NCBI GenBank assembly: GCA_033809755.1
Contig: JAPXLB010000003.1
Location: 68,961 to 132,960 of the forward strand
Direction: 5' to 3'
DNA length: 64,000 nt
Source of the DNA: Lentimicrobiaceae bacterium
Lineage (GTDB): Bacteria > Bacteroidota > Bacteroidia > Bacteroidales > UBA4417
Shown: positions 1 through 9,231 of the stretch, piece by piece
Layout: each line of letters begins with the position of its first letter
Numbering within the stretch: the first letter of the stretch is position 1
The notes under the pieces: generated by a model
Told to the model about the DNA's origin: nothing
Database searches by the model: none
The model's input: only the letters and a program-made list of their open reading frames with translations
Program-made: the position numbers and the translations under genes

Positions 1-2
1 CC

Positions 3-530
3 CTATCCTTTTTTCAGACCAACGTTTTACAAACTCAAAAACTTTACAAAACAGCCTTCGATTTAGCCGATTTAAAAGGCAGCGAAACCGTTTACGATTT
101 ATATTGCGGAACCGGAACCATAAGCATATACATGGCTCAGGTTGCAAAAAAAGTTGTAGGCATTGAATATGTTGATATGGCTATTGACGATGCTAAAATA
201 AACGCAAAAATTAATAACCTCGATAATATCAGTTTTTATGCAGGCGATATTGCAAAAGTATTGAACGACGATTTTGTAAAAACCAATGGTAAACCCGACG
301 TTATAATCACCGACCCACCACGAGCCGGCATGCACGAAAAAGTTGTAAAACAATTGCTTAATATCGAAGCCGAAAAAATTGTTTACGTAAGCTGTAATTC
401 GGCTACACAAGCCAGAGACGTTAAATTATTGTCGGAAAAATACACACCCGTTATTTCCAAAGCCTTCGATATGTTTCCGCATACCCATCATACGGAAAAT
501 GTTATCTTACTGAAAAAGAAAAATAGTTAG
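3..530 (+). CDS. rlmD: 23S rRNA (uracil-5-)-methyltransferase, RlmD/RumA family; 5' end lies outside the window
   Basis: The frame is open from base 3. SAM motif I VYDLYCGTGTIS lies upstream of the listed ATG. DPPRAGMH, VYVSCNSATQARD and DMFPHTHHTENV match conserved RumA/TrmA motifs. Confidence 0.85.
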   Translation, partial: LSFFQTNVLQTQKLYKTAFDLADLKGSETVYDLYCGTGTISIYMAQVAKKVVGIEYVDMAIDDAKINAKINNLDNISFYAGDIAKVLNDDFVKTNGKPDVIITDPPRAGMHEKVVKQLLNIEAEKIVYVSCNSATQARDVKLLSEKYTPVISKAFDMFPHTHHTENVILLKKKNS

Positions 531-547
531 CTTTTAGCTGATAAAGG

Positions 548-672
548 TAGAAATTAGAAATTAGAAATTAGAATTATCAAGTTTTAACTCTAAACTCGAA
601 ACTCCTTACTCTCCCGAAACTTCGGGATACCCCGTACCACGCAACCCGTAACCCGTAACCCGAACCACCCAT
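548..672. repeat. Intergenic heptamer-periodic block: (AGAAATT)n, (AACTCNN)n, TCCCGAAACTTCGGGA palindrome (612-627), (ACCCGTA)n
   Basis: Read directly: tagaaattagaaattagaaattag; taactctaaactcgaaactcc; ccccgtaccacgcaacccgtaacccgtaacccgaaccaccca. It lies between convergent genes. Confidence 0.8.
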
Positions 673-1211
673 CACTCATCTACAGGTTTTATCATACAGT
701 AACGATTGCAAATAATATCAACTACTTCGGTAGGACTTTCATCAGATAGTTCTATAATTATCTTTGCCTGTGAGTAATAAAATTTTCTTTTTTGATAAAT
801 TTCTTTGTGTTTATCTATTTCGGCGTCTGTATCGTTAAATTTATCAAAAAGCGGTCGCTGTTTTGGCGATTTGTACAGCCTTTTAAATAAAATATCTTCA
901 TCAACATTTAAAAATATAGTAATACCGCTGTTGTTCATTATGTCGATGTTATTATAAAAGCAAGGTGTACCGCCACCAACAGAGCAAACGCCCGAAAAGT
1001 TTTCAGAAACTTCTATCAATAATTGTTGCTCAAGTTCTCTAAAATCTTTCTCCGAAAATTTCTGAAAAAAGGAATTGATGCTATATTTATACTTTTTCTC
1101 AAATTCTTTATCCAAATCTATAAACTCCAATCCAAGGCGCTTAGCCAACTTCCTGCTGACAGTCGATTTGCCTGCACCCATATAACCCAACAAGTAAATA
1201 ATATCGCCCAT
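672..1211 (-). CDS. aroK: Shikimate kinase
   Basis: 179 aa. P-loop GYMGAGKSTVSRKLAKRLGLEFIDLD, and the size is typical of AroK. Confidence 0.9.
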   Translation of the reverse strand: MGDIIYLLGYMGAGKSTVSRKLAKRLGLEFIDLDKEFEKKYKYSINSFFQKFSEKDFRELEQQLLIEVSENFSGVCSVGGGTPCFYNNIDIMNNSGITIFLNVDEDILFKRLYKSPKQRPLFDKFNDTDAEIDKHKEIYQKRKFYYSQAKIIIELSDESPTEVVDIICNRYCMIKPVDE

Positions 1212-1286
1212 AATGATTATATTTCTACAAAATTACAAGTTTTTATAATAAAAATAGCATAAAATACATACTTTTGAAGGAGAATT

Positions 1287-3212
1287 ATGGCACATCCTTT
1301 AGACATACTTAAACAATATTGGGGCTACGACAGTTTTAGAGAGAAACAATTAGAAATAATTGACTCTGTGCTTGCCGGCAACGATACTTTGGCTTTGCTT
1401 CCAACCGGTGGCGGAAAATCTATTTGTTTTCAAGTTCCGGCTCTTATGATGCAAGGTGTTTGTGTTGTTGTTACGCCTCTTATTGCTCTGATGATCGACC
1501 AGGTTAATAATTTAAGGAAACGAAATATTTCGGCTTATGCTATTCATTCGGGACTTAACTATCGCGAAATTGAAAACATCATGTTTTTGTGTAATTCGGG
1601 AGAAGTGAAATTCCTGTATCTGTCGCCAGAACGTTTGGTATCGGAGAAATTTTTATCGGTTTTTAAACAAACAAATGTGACTCTCATCGCTGTTGATGAA
1701 GCTCATTGTATTTCAGAATGGGGTTACGACTTCCGTCCGCCATATCTTAAAATTGCAGATATTCGTCCTTTGTTTCCCGAAGCTCCTGTTATTGCACTCA
1801 CAGCTACTGCAGTTCCTGAAATTGCCGATGATATACAGAAAAAATTACTCTTTAAAAAGAGCAATGTTTTCGTAAAAAGCTTTGTCAGGACTAACTTATC
1901 ATACATTGTTAGAAAAGTTGAAGACAAATATGCTAAAATTGTGCGAATTTGCAATTCTATTAAAGGAACCGGAATAGTTTACGTTAGAAACAGAAGACTT
2001 ACCGTTGAAATTTCTAAATATTTGAACCTAAATAACATTAAAGCCGACTATTACCACGCCGGCTTGAGCACAGACGAACGCAACAGAAAACAAGACGAAT
2101 GGTATAATAACAAAACTCGTGTTATGGTCAGCACCAACGCTTTTGGCATGGGAATTGACAAATCAGACGTTAGGTTTGTTATACACTTCGATATTCCCGA
2201 AAACATTGAAGCATACTATCAAGAAGCCGGTAGAGCCGGCAGAGACGAGAAAAAAGCCTATGCGGTTATATTATATAACAACGAAGATATTGCAAACAGT
2301 ATCAGACTTGTAGAACAATCGTGGCCCAGCATTGATATTATAAAGAATGTATATCAAAAAATTTGCGAATATACTCAAGTAGCTGTCGATACAGAAGTCT
2401 TTGGCTCATTTGATTTCGATTTGGGATTGTTTTGCGAAAAGTATAAACTAAAACCCATAAACGTTTTTAGCGCCGTTAAAATTCTCGAAAGAGAAGGTTA
2501 TATTGCAACTAACGAACCATGGAATAGTTCGTCAAAGCTGCTATTTACCGTCAGCAAAGAAGAGCTATTCGGCTATCAGGAAGCCGACGCCAAAATGGAA
2601 AAACTAATTAAAACAATTTTGCGAATGTACGGTGGTGTGTTTTCTTCATTTGTAAATATCGATGAAAACAAAATTGCGCGAGCTGTCAATATCGACAGAC
2701 CCATAGTTGACAAAATGCTTAAAAAACTTGACACAGACGGAATTATATCGTACCTACCCAAAAAAACAAAGAATCAGCTGTTTTTTACTTCACGAAGAAT
2801 AAACTCAAAGGATATAAACTTAAGCCGCGAATACTACTTCAACAGAAAACAAAATGCAATAGAGAAAAACAAGGCTATGGTTTACTATTTGCAATCGGAA
2901 ACCTGCAGAAGTATGTATTTAGTTTCGTATTTTGGCGAAAAAAAGGCAAAGCCTTGCGGTACTTGCGATTACTGTTTATCAAAAAAAAGAGATAAACAAA
3001 AGGAAAAGGAAATAAGTAAAGAAATTAAAACCAGACTCATAAAATTGCTGAAAAATCAGGAATTGAGTGTGAGAGAAGTGGTAGGTGAAATAAAAGAATA
3101 CTCCGAAGTTGATATACTAAACACAATACAATCGCTGATTGATAAGGGGATATTAATCTCGGATATGAATATCATCAAATACAACAAAAACAAAAAAGCC
3201 CCACGAAAGTAG
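1287..3212 (+). CDS. recQ: RecQ-family ATP-dependent DNA helicase
   Basis: FREKQLEII, LLPTGGGKS (motif I), DEAHCISEWGYDFRP (DEAH box), TNAFGMGIDKSDVRFVIH, YYQEAGRAGRD. Confidence 0.9.
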   Translation: MAHPLDILKQYWGYDSFREKQLEIIDSVLAGNDTLALLPTGGGKSICFQVPALMMQGVCVVVTPLIALMIDQVNNLRKRNISAYAIHSGLNYREIENIMFLCNSGEVKFLYLSPERLVSEKFLSVFKQTNVTLIAVDEAHCISEWGYDFRPPYLKIADIRPLFPEAPVIALTATAVPEIADDIQKKLLFKKSNVFVKSFVRTNLSYIVRKVEDKYAKIVRICNSIKGTGIVYVRNRRLTVEISKYLNLNNIKADYYHAGLSTDERNRKQDEWYNNKTRVMVSTNAFGMGIDKSDVRFVIHFDIPENIEAYYQEAGRAGRDEKKAYAVILYNNEDIANSIRLVEQSWPSIDIIKNVYQKICEYTQVAVDTEVFGSFDFDLGLFCEKYKLKPINVFSAVKILEREGYIATNEPWNSSSKLLFTVSKEELFGYQEADAKMEKLIKTILRMYGGVFSSFVNIDENKIARAVNIDRPIVDKMLKKLDTDGIISYLPKKTKNQLFFTSRRINSKDINLSREYYFNRKQNAIEKNKAMVYYLQSETCRSMYLVSYFGEKKAKPCGTCDYCLSKKRDKQKEKEISKEIKTRLIKLLKNQELSVREVVGEIKEYSEVDILNTIQSLIDKGILISDMNIIKYNKNKKAPRK

Positions 3213-3238
3213 GGCTTTTAGTAATTAAGTAAAATAAA

Positions 3239-3511
3239 TTACTTAACTGCTTTTTGTAGTTCAGAACCTGGTTTGAATTTTACTACTTTCTTAGCAGCAA
3301 TTTTAATTTCTTTACCAGTTTGAGGATTGCGTCCTTTACGAGCAGCTCTTTTAGCTACGCTAAAGCTACCCCAACCTACTAAAGATACGCGTTCACCTTT
3401 TTTTAACGCTTTTTTTGTTACTTCCATGAAAGCGTCTAAAGCACGTCTGGTATCAACTTTTGTTAAACCAGCTTCTGCAGCCATTGCATCAATTAATTCT
3501 GATTTGTTCAT
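3239..3511 (-). CDS. hup: HU-family DNA-binding protein
   Basis: 90 aa. MNKSELIDAMA...GERVSLVGWGSFSV..RAARKGRNPQTG is the canonical HU/IHF signature. Confidence 0.95.
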   Translation of the reverse strand: MNKSELIDAMAAEAGLTKVDTRRALDAFMEVTKKALKKGERVSLVGWGSFSVAKRAARKGRNPQTGKEIKIAAKKVVKFKPGSELQKAVK

Positions 3512-3678
3512 TTTTTTGGGTATTAAGTTAATAAATAATATAACAACGCAAAAGTAATACTATTTATTTGTAATGCAACCGTTTATAAACAAATTTTTTA
3601 CAAAATGTTAATAAATAGGGGTTTTTGTTAATAAAATAGCCATAAAACCTAGATAAAACTACTATTTTGGGAATATTT

Positions 3679-4647
3679 TTATTCAAAAACTAAAGATTTT
3701 ACACTTTTTCCTCTCAAAAATTCTTCCACTTTCATCCTTTTTCTTCCCTCAAGTTGCATTTCTTCTATGAAAATCCAGCCATTCGAAACCATTATTTTAA
3801 TGTAATTAACATTATCGGTAACCAAATTACCTAAAATAAAATTGTCATGATTTTCCCTCTCAAACTTCACTTTATAAATTTTTGCCGAATAAATCTTATC
3901 GTCGTTGATTAACATAAAGTGAGTAAAGGCTGCCGGATAAGGTGATAATCCTCTAACAAGATTAAAAATGCTCTCACCGTCCTTGCTCCAATCAATTAAG
4001 CAATCGTTTTTAAATATTTTTGGAGCAAGTTTCAACTCACCTTCTACAGACATATCGTTTTGCTTAGTGCAAACATAATTCCCACTAACTATCTTTTCAA
4101 TAGTTTCTAACATTAATTTTTGCCCAAACGGAACAAGTTTATCATGAAGTTCGCCTGCGGTTTCATCGTCGCCAATGGGAACCTCTACATAATCGATGAT
4201 ATTTCCTTCATCAATTTTTTCGTTTATAAAAAAAGTTGTAAGCCCTGTACGACTTTCACCATTAATTACAACCCAATTAATCGGAGCAGCTCCCCTGAAT
4301 TGAGGCAATACAGAAGCGTGTAAATTAATTGTTCCGTATTTGGGAATTTTCCACACTGATTCGGGCAACATTCGAAAAGCAACAACGACAAACAAATTTG
4401 CGTCTAATTGCCTAATTCTATCAATAAAATCGGGTGAAGATAGGTTTTGTGGCTGTAATATAGGCAAGTCAAGCTGTAAAGCAGCTTTTTTAACCGGCGA
4501 TTCGTTTAACTTTAAACCACGCCCAGCAGGCTTATCCGGAACGGTAACTACAGCTGCTATGTGGTGTCCGGCTTCGTAAATCGCAAAAAGTTGCGGGACT
4601 GCAAAATCTGCAGTCCCCATAAAAATTATCTTAAGTTTATCTTGCAA
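3679..4647 (-). CDS. fmt: Methionyl-tRNA formyltransferase
   Basis: 322 aa. IIFMGTADFAVP, NLHASVLPQFRGAAPINW and a C-terminal Fmt domain. Confidence 0.9.
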   Translation of the reverse strand: MQDKLKIIFMGTADFAVPQLFAIYEAGHHIAAVVTVPDKPAGRGLKLNESPVKKAALQLDLPILQPQNLSSPDFIDRIRQLDANLFVVVAFRMLPESVWKIPKYGTINLHASVLPQFRGAAPINWVVINGESRTGLTTFFINEKIDEGNIIDYVEVPIGDDETAGELHDKLVPFGQKLMLETIEKIVSGNYVCTKQNDMSVEGELKLAPKIFKNDCLIDWSKDGESIFNLVRGLSPYPAAFTHFMLINDDKIYSAKIYKVKFERENHDNFILGNLVTDNVNYIKIMVSNGWIFIEEMQLEGRKRMKVEEFLRGKSVKSLVFE

Positions 4648-4671
4648 AATAATAATCGTGTTGGTAAATTA

Positions 4672-5361
4672 TTATTCCCCCATTTTTCCTTCGGCACTTG
4701 CTATATATTTGTCTATGTTTCGGGCTTCAAAGCTCATGTAATGATCGATTTTAATTTTATTGTATAATTCAATAGCTTTCTTGTAATCGCCCATTTCTTC
4801 GTAAACAAACGCTGCACGCAACAAATAAATAGGTGTAATCAAATCGTTAGGTTTGTACGAATATGCTTTTTGATAGTAATTTGCAGCTTGGTTAAGGTCG
4901 TTAAGCTCCGAGTATGCATCGCCAATATTGCCGTAAGCCATTATTCTTAATATATAATCTTTGCTTTTGAACTTTTTCAAATATTTGATGGCTTCTTCGA
5001 AATTGCCTTGTTTTAAATATATGGAACCAATGTAATATTTAGCCAAATTTCCAGCCTTTGTCGAACTATATGTTTCCGAAATATCAATAAATCCTGGATA
5101 ATTACCATCTCCGTATAAGGCTTTATCTAATGAGTCTATTTCAAAGTACTTTTGAGCCATAAATATCTGACTTTCAGCTTCTTTTGCTCTCGGGTTTACA
5201 TAAAACTTTTGAAATGCAAATATTCCCAATACTACTACTATTATAGCTCCTAAAATAATAGTAAGTACTTTTTGGTTTTTTTCAATAAAGTGTTCTGTTT
5301 TGCTTAATGCATCTTCAATTACGTGAATCTTTTCTTCTGTTGCTTGTTTTTTCTTAGCCAT
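4672..5361 (-). CDS. Membrane-anchored tetratricopeptide-repeat protein
   Basis: N-terminal TM helix (LTIILGAIIVVVLGIFAF), then TPR-like repeats (AKYYIGSIYLKQGNFEEAIKYL, AANYYQKAY). Confidence 0.6.
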   Translation of the reverse strand: MAKKKQATEEKIHVIEDALSKTEHFIEKNQKVLTIILGAIIVVVLGIFAFQKFYVNPRAKEAESQIFMAQKYFEIDSLDKALYGDGNYPGFIDISETYSSTKAGNLAKYYIGSIYLKQGNFEEAIKYLKKFKSKDYILRIMAYGNIGDAYSELNDLNQAANYYQKAYSYKPNDLITPIYLLRAAFVYEEMGDYKKAIELYNKIKIDHYMSFEARNIDKYIASAEGKMGE

Positions 5362-5461
5362 ATTAATTTAAATTTGTGGGTGCAAAATTAGATAATATTT
5401 TCATATTTTTGCAAATGTATACGATTTTTTTGTTTTTATGTAAATTAATCGCATAGCAGCT

Positions 5462-6274
5462 ATGAAAAAACTTATAGGCTTTTTGTTGGTTTTTATTTTG
5501 TCGGCACAAGCGTTTGCCAACGATGGTTGGGTTGTGAGAGGCAGATGCAACGCTAGAGGTAATGTTACTTACCTGCAAAGATATTTTATAGATGGAAACA
5601 AAGTTAAATTTGAACAATACAACTTTATATATTCGTGCGACTTATCTTCGGGCAAACTTATTTTAATTGATATTGATAGTATGTTGTGTGCCGTTACCAC
5701 TATAAATGAGTACGAAGAAAAAAATACAAAAATATACGAAGATTTTTTGCTTAATAGTTTTCTTAAATTTTGGGATAGCTTTGCCGATAACGATATTGAT
5801 ACTGCAAATGCAAGTGTTATTATTGATAATAAGTTTTCGCCTATAAGCGAAGATAGTATAACTATTACCAGAATCAATGATGGCATGAAGCTGTTAGGAC
5901 ACAACGTTTCGGAATATGAAGTGAGAGTAAATAACAAACGTGTAGAGCGATTTTTTCATACCTACGAAGTTGCTTGCTTCAATTCTGTCGATTTAAATGC
6001 ATTGAACAATCTTGAAAACCTGATACATCCCACCGATTATTCATTTCATTATACTGCAACTCAGAAATATACCGACTTTAAAAAAAACGGTTTAATCATT
6101 AGACGATTTTTATATGTCGACGATTTTGTTGAAGAGTATCAAGTAAACTGGTACGAAAACACCGATATACCTGCGTTTCACTACGAAGTTCCATGGCAAT
6201 GTAAAGTTATTTCGCTGGACAAATGGTTTGAACTCTTTCATCCTACAAACAGAAAATACGACGACTACGAATAA
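5462..6274 (+). CDS. Hypothetical exported protein
   Basis: 270-aa ORF with a signal peptide (MKKLIGFLLVFILSAQAFA). I recognised no motif. Confidence 0.5.
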   Translation: MKKLIGFLLVFILSAQAFANDGWVVRGRCNARGNVTYLQRYFIDGNKVKFEQYNFIYSCDLSSGKLILIDIDSMLCAVTTINEYEEKNTKIYEDFLLNSFLKFWDSFADNDIDTANASVIIDNKFSPISEDSITITRINDGMKLLGHNVSEYEVRVNNKRVERFFHTYEVACFNSVDLNALNNLENLIHPTDYSFHYTATQKYTDFKKNGLIIRRFLYVDDFVEEYQVNWYENTDIPAFHYEVPWQCKVISLDKWFELFHPTNRKYDDYE

Positions 6275-6283
6275 CTACAAATT

Positions 6284-6985
6284 ATGGATAATAGCGACAA
6301 TACAGCAAATACTGTAAGGCAAATAGAGATTTTAAAGCAATTTGTAACCGAAAATCGTTACCAAAGGATGTTGAGTATTGTTGAAGAAAGAACTCAATAT
6401 ATGAGTATTGTCTTGGAAAATATTTATCAACCGCACAATACAAGCGCTGTACTTCGCTCCTGCGATTGTTTCGGTATTCAAGATGTTCACGTTATCGAAA
6501 ACGAAAATAAGTACAGCCTAAATAAAGATATTGCCTTAGGCTCATCGAATTGGCTTAATATAATGCGGTATAACAAAGACGAAAACAATACAGTTGAGTG
6601 TCTTGAATTGTTGAAAAGCAAAGGATATCGCCTGGTAGCCACCCTACCCTCGCCTACAGCTACTTCCATATTCGATTTTGATGTATCGGCAGGAAAATTC
6701 GCTTTGCTTATGGGTACGGAACTCACAGGTTTAAGCGATATTGCCTGCAAAATGGCTGACGAAAATATTTATTTACCTATGGTAGGCTTTACCGAAAGCC
6801 TTAATATATCGGTAACCGCTGCTACATTTATGTTTTACCTATCTCAGAAAATCAAAAAACTTGATATAGCTTGGCAGCTAGATGATATTACCAAAAATGA
6901 AGTTTTGCTAAATTGGCTAATAAATTCAGTTAAAAGTGGTAATGAGATATTAAATAGATTTGATGGTGAAGGGTGTTTGGTGTAG
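6284..6985 (+). CDS. SpoU/TrmH-family RNA 2'-O-methyltransferase
   Basis: NTSAVLRSCDCFGIQDVHVI, LLMGTELTGLS and IPMVGFTESLNISVTAA are the three SpoU motifs. Confidence 0.8.
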   Translation: MDNSDNTANTVRQIEILKQFVTENRYQRMLSIVEERTQYMSIVLENIYQPHNTSAVLRSCDCFGIQDVHVIENENKYSLNKDIALGSSNWLNIMRYNKDENNTVECLELLKSKGYRLVATLPSPTATSIFDFDVSAGKFALLMGTELTGLSDIACKMADENIYLPMVGFTESLNISVTAATFMFYLSQKIKKLDIAWQLDDITKNEVLLNWLINSVKSGNEILNRFDGEGCLV

Positions 6986-6986
6986 T

Positions 6987-7200
6987 TTCGAGTATTGAGT
7001 TACGAGTTATGAGTCTCTAAACTACTGATTCAGGACTCTCCCGAAACTTCGGGATAGAACTCAGAACTATCACGAACCACATAGCACTTTGACATTTCGA
7101 CACCTCGGCTACGCTCGGTGGACACTAGCTCAATGAGCGAAGTGCTGCAACTCAGAACTCAGAACTCAGGACTAACCCACACTAATCACCAAATAAATTT
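6987..7200. repeat. Mosaic intergenic repeat: G/T-rich GAGT heptamers, TCCCGAAACTTCGGGA palindrome (7039-7054), R3-like palindromic unit (7083-7146), AGAACTC heptamers
   Basis: Read directly: gtttcgagtattgagttacgagttatgagt ... tcccgaaacttcggga ... aactcagaactcagaactcagg. Confidence 0.8.
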
Positions 7201-7258
7201 TTACTATCTTTGCACAATTACTTATCAAATAAATGTTTAACATAAAATATGTTCAATT

Positions 7259-7690
7259 ATGGGAAAAGGCGATAAAAAAACTAAAAGAGGAAAAATTATA
7301 AAGGGAAGCTACGGTGTAACTCGCAGACGTAAAGCAAAAAAACAACAAGCAATTGCTGAAAAACCTGCCGAAGTTAAAAAAGCAGCAGCTGAAAAAGAAG
7401 TAGAAAAAGTTGTTGAGAAAAAGGAAGTAGCAGAAAAAGCTACTGAGAAAAAAGTTGCGGAGAAAAAAGAAGTAACAGAAAAAGTTACTGAGAAAAAAGA
7501 AGTAACAGAAAAAGCTACTGAGAAAAAAGTAGCAGAAAAAAAAGAAGCAGCGGAGAAAGCTACTGAGAAAAAAGAAGTAACAGAAAAAGCCGCTGAGAAA
7601 AAAGAAGTAGAAAAAGAAACTAAACCTAAGGCTAAAAAAACTGCAACAAAAGAAGAATCAACTGAAGCTGAGAAGAAAGAGGAAGAATAG
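7259..7690 (+). CDS. Ribosomal protein bTHX-like N-terminus fused to a Lys/Glu-rich tandem-repeat tail
   Basis: The N-terminus MGKGDKKTKRGKIIKGSYGVTRRRKAKK resembles 30S protein THX. Residues ~45-120 are repeats of roughly 10 aa (EKATEKKEVT), encoded by ~30-nt DNA repeats at ~7390-7620. TATCTTTG -7 box at 7205-7212. Confidence 0.6.
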   Translation: MGKGDKKTKRGKIIKGSYGVTRRRKAKKQQAIAEKPAEVKKAAAEKEVEKVVEKKEVAEKATEKKVAEKKEVTEKVTEKKEVTEKATEKKVAEKKEAAEKATEKKEVTEKAAEKKEVEKETKPKAKKTATKEESTEAEKKEEE

Positions 7691-7696
7691 TACTAA

Positions 7697-8470
7697 CTAC
7701 TCAAACGTGAATGAGAGTTGAAAAATTTTTGACGTTAACTTTTCTATGCCTAATGTGTAAATTTGATCGTTGCGTTTGATGACATCAATTATACCGTAGG
7801 ACATACTTGCTTCTACACCAAATTTAAAATAAGCCGTATAAAAATCAAAGCCGGCTCCTGCAAATGCATAAAAATCATTTCTATTAAGGAAAACGTAACC
7901 TGCGTTTTCCTTTTCTCTTTTCTTGGCATTTGAAGCTAAATCGAGCATGTATTTAGCTCCGGCAAACACATAAGGTCGTACGTTATGCATACGGTCGCCT
8001 TTGTATTTTACAAACAATGGAAAATCAATATAAGTAGATTGTATGTCTTTATCTGCTCTGTGTATATATGGAGTTTCATCTTCGTTGTAAATCAATAAAT
8101 CGTACTGCAATCTTCTTTCACCAAATGATAATGAAGGTGTAAGTCGCAAATCGAAGTGCTCGCTCATTCGCATATTGCCTATTATTCCAATAACAAACCC
8201 GAAACTGGGTCTGCCTTCAACATTATAAAGTCTTGCTGAATCGCAATTAAGATCAGGCATGTTTTGTTTAGTGTTATTGTTGTAATACATCACATTTTGA
8301 AAATCATCGGCGGTTTTTATGGTAAATAGCATCTGATTGGTTCCCAATAAAAAGCCAAAATGATATTTAGCATTGTCGAAATATAACAAATTAGGCACTT
8401 GCCTCGATTGCGAGTAAGTTCTGAGAGTAATAAAAAGAGCAATAAAAACTAATATGTATGTTTTTTTCAT
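7697..8470 (-). CDS. Outer-membrane beta-barrel protein (PorT-like, tentative)
   Basis: Signal peptide MKKTYILVFIALFITLRTYSQ, alternating beta-strand pattern, C-terminal aromatic (FQLSFTFE). The family assignment is from memory only. Confidence 0.45.
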   Translation of the reverse strand: MKKTYILVFIALFITLRTYSQSRQVPNLLYFDNAKYHFGFLLGTNQMLFTIKTADDFQNVMYYNNNTKQNMPDLNCDSARLYNVEGRPSFGFVIGIIGNMRMSEHFDLRLTPSLSFGERRLQYDLLIYNEDETPYIHRADKDIQSTYIDFPLFVKYKGDRMHNVRPYVFAGAKYMLDLASNAKKREKENAGYVFLNRNDFYAFAGAGFDFYTAYFKFGVEASMSYGIIDVIKRNDQIYTLGIEKLTSKIFQLSFTFE

Positions 8471-8520
8471 TTATTGATTTTCAATTTTTACAAGTTACTA
8501 ACGTTAGAATTTTGTATTTA

Positions 8521-9231
8521 TTATTTTTCCGCTACATATAAATTGCAAATACCACCTGTATATTTGTAATAAATACAGTTACTGTATCCATTGTTTACAA
8601 TTATTTCGACCATTTTATCATTCTTTGGAAATTCGGCAATTGTTTCGGGCAAATACTTATACGCATATTTATTTTTAGAAACTAACTTCCCTATTACAGG
8701 TATAATTTGTTTAGAATAAAATTTGTACAAATTTTTAAGCGGGAATTTATTCGGTTCCGAAAATTCTAATATAAACACCTTACCTTTTGTTTTCAGCACT
8801 CTATGCATCTCGGTAAGACCTTTATTTAAATCGGCAAAATTTCTAATCCCAAAAGCAACCATGACTGCATCAAAACTATTGTCGTCGAAAGGTAAATTTT
8901 CGGCACTTGCTTCCACAAAAGACACATTGGTTATATTGTTTTTCTTAGCTTTTTGTCTTGCTATTTCCATCATATTTGTAGAAATATCAACAGCAACAAC
9001 TTCGGCATTGTGTTTTTTTATTAGATTAAAAGCCAAGTCGCCTGTTCCTGTACCAACATCAAGTACTTTTTCTGGTTTGTTTGAAATCAGTTGTTTTATT
9101 AGTTTTTTTCTCCAAATTTTATCAATACCAAACGATAACACATGATTCAAGGTATCGTATTTTGGGGCAATGTTGTTAAACATATCTTTAACAACAGATT
9201 TATCAGAGTAATTGTCTTTTGATATTGACAT
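8521..9231 (-). CDS. ubiE: Demethylmenaquinone/ubiquinone methyltransferase UbiE/MenG
   Basis: FNNIAPKYDTLNHVLSFGIDKIWRK and the SAM motif VLDVGTGTGDLA. The start overlaps the stop of the upstream gene (TAATG). Confidence 0.9.
   Translation of the reverse strand: MSISKDNYSDKSVVKDMFNNIAPKYDTLNHVLSFGIDKIWRKKLIKQLISNKPEKVLDVGTGTGDLAFNLIKKHNAEVVAVDISTNMMEIARQKAKKNNITNVSFVEASAENLPFDDNSFDAVMVAFGIRNFADLNKGLTEMHRVLKTKGKVFILEFSEPNKFPLKNLYKFYSKQIIPVIGKLVSKNKYAYKYLPETIAEFPKNDKMVEIIVNNGYSNCIYYKYTGGICNLYVAEK

Noticed and set aside
99-410. Antisense or out-of-frame ORFs inside well-supported genes. Examples: 99-410, 1023-1262, 8723-9145, 9244-9762, 27651-28073, 29160-29555, 30761-31375, 30988-31329, 47127-47603, 57383-57817, 63600-63959.
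   Set aside because: Each lies wholly within a longer ORF on the other strand or frame that carries clear family motifs. Their translations are low-complexity or hydrophobic, as expected for shadow ORFs in AT-rich DNA.
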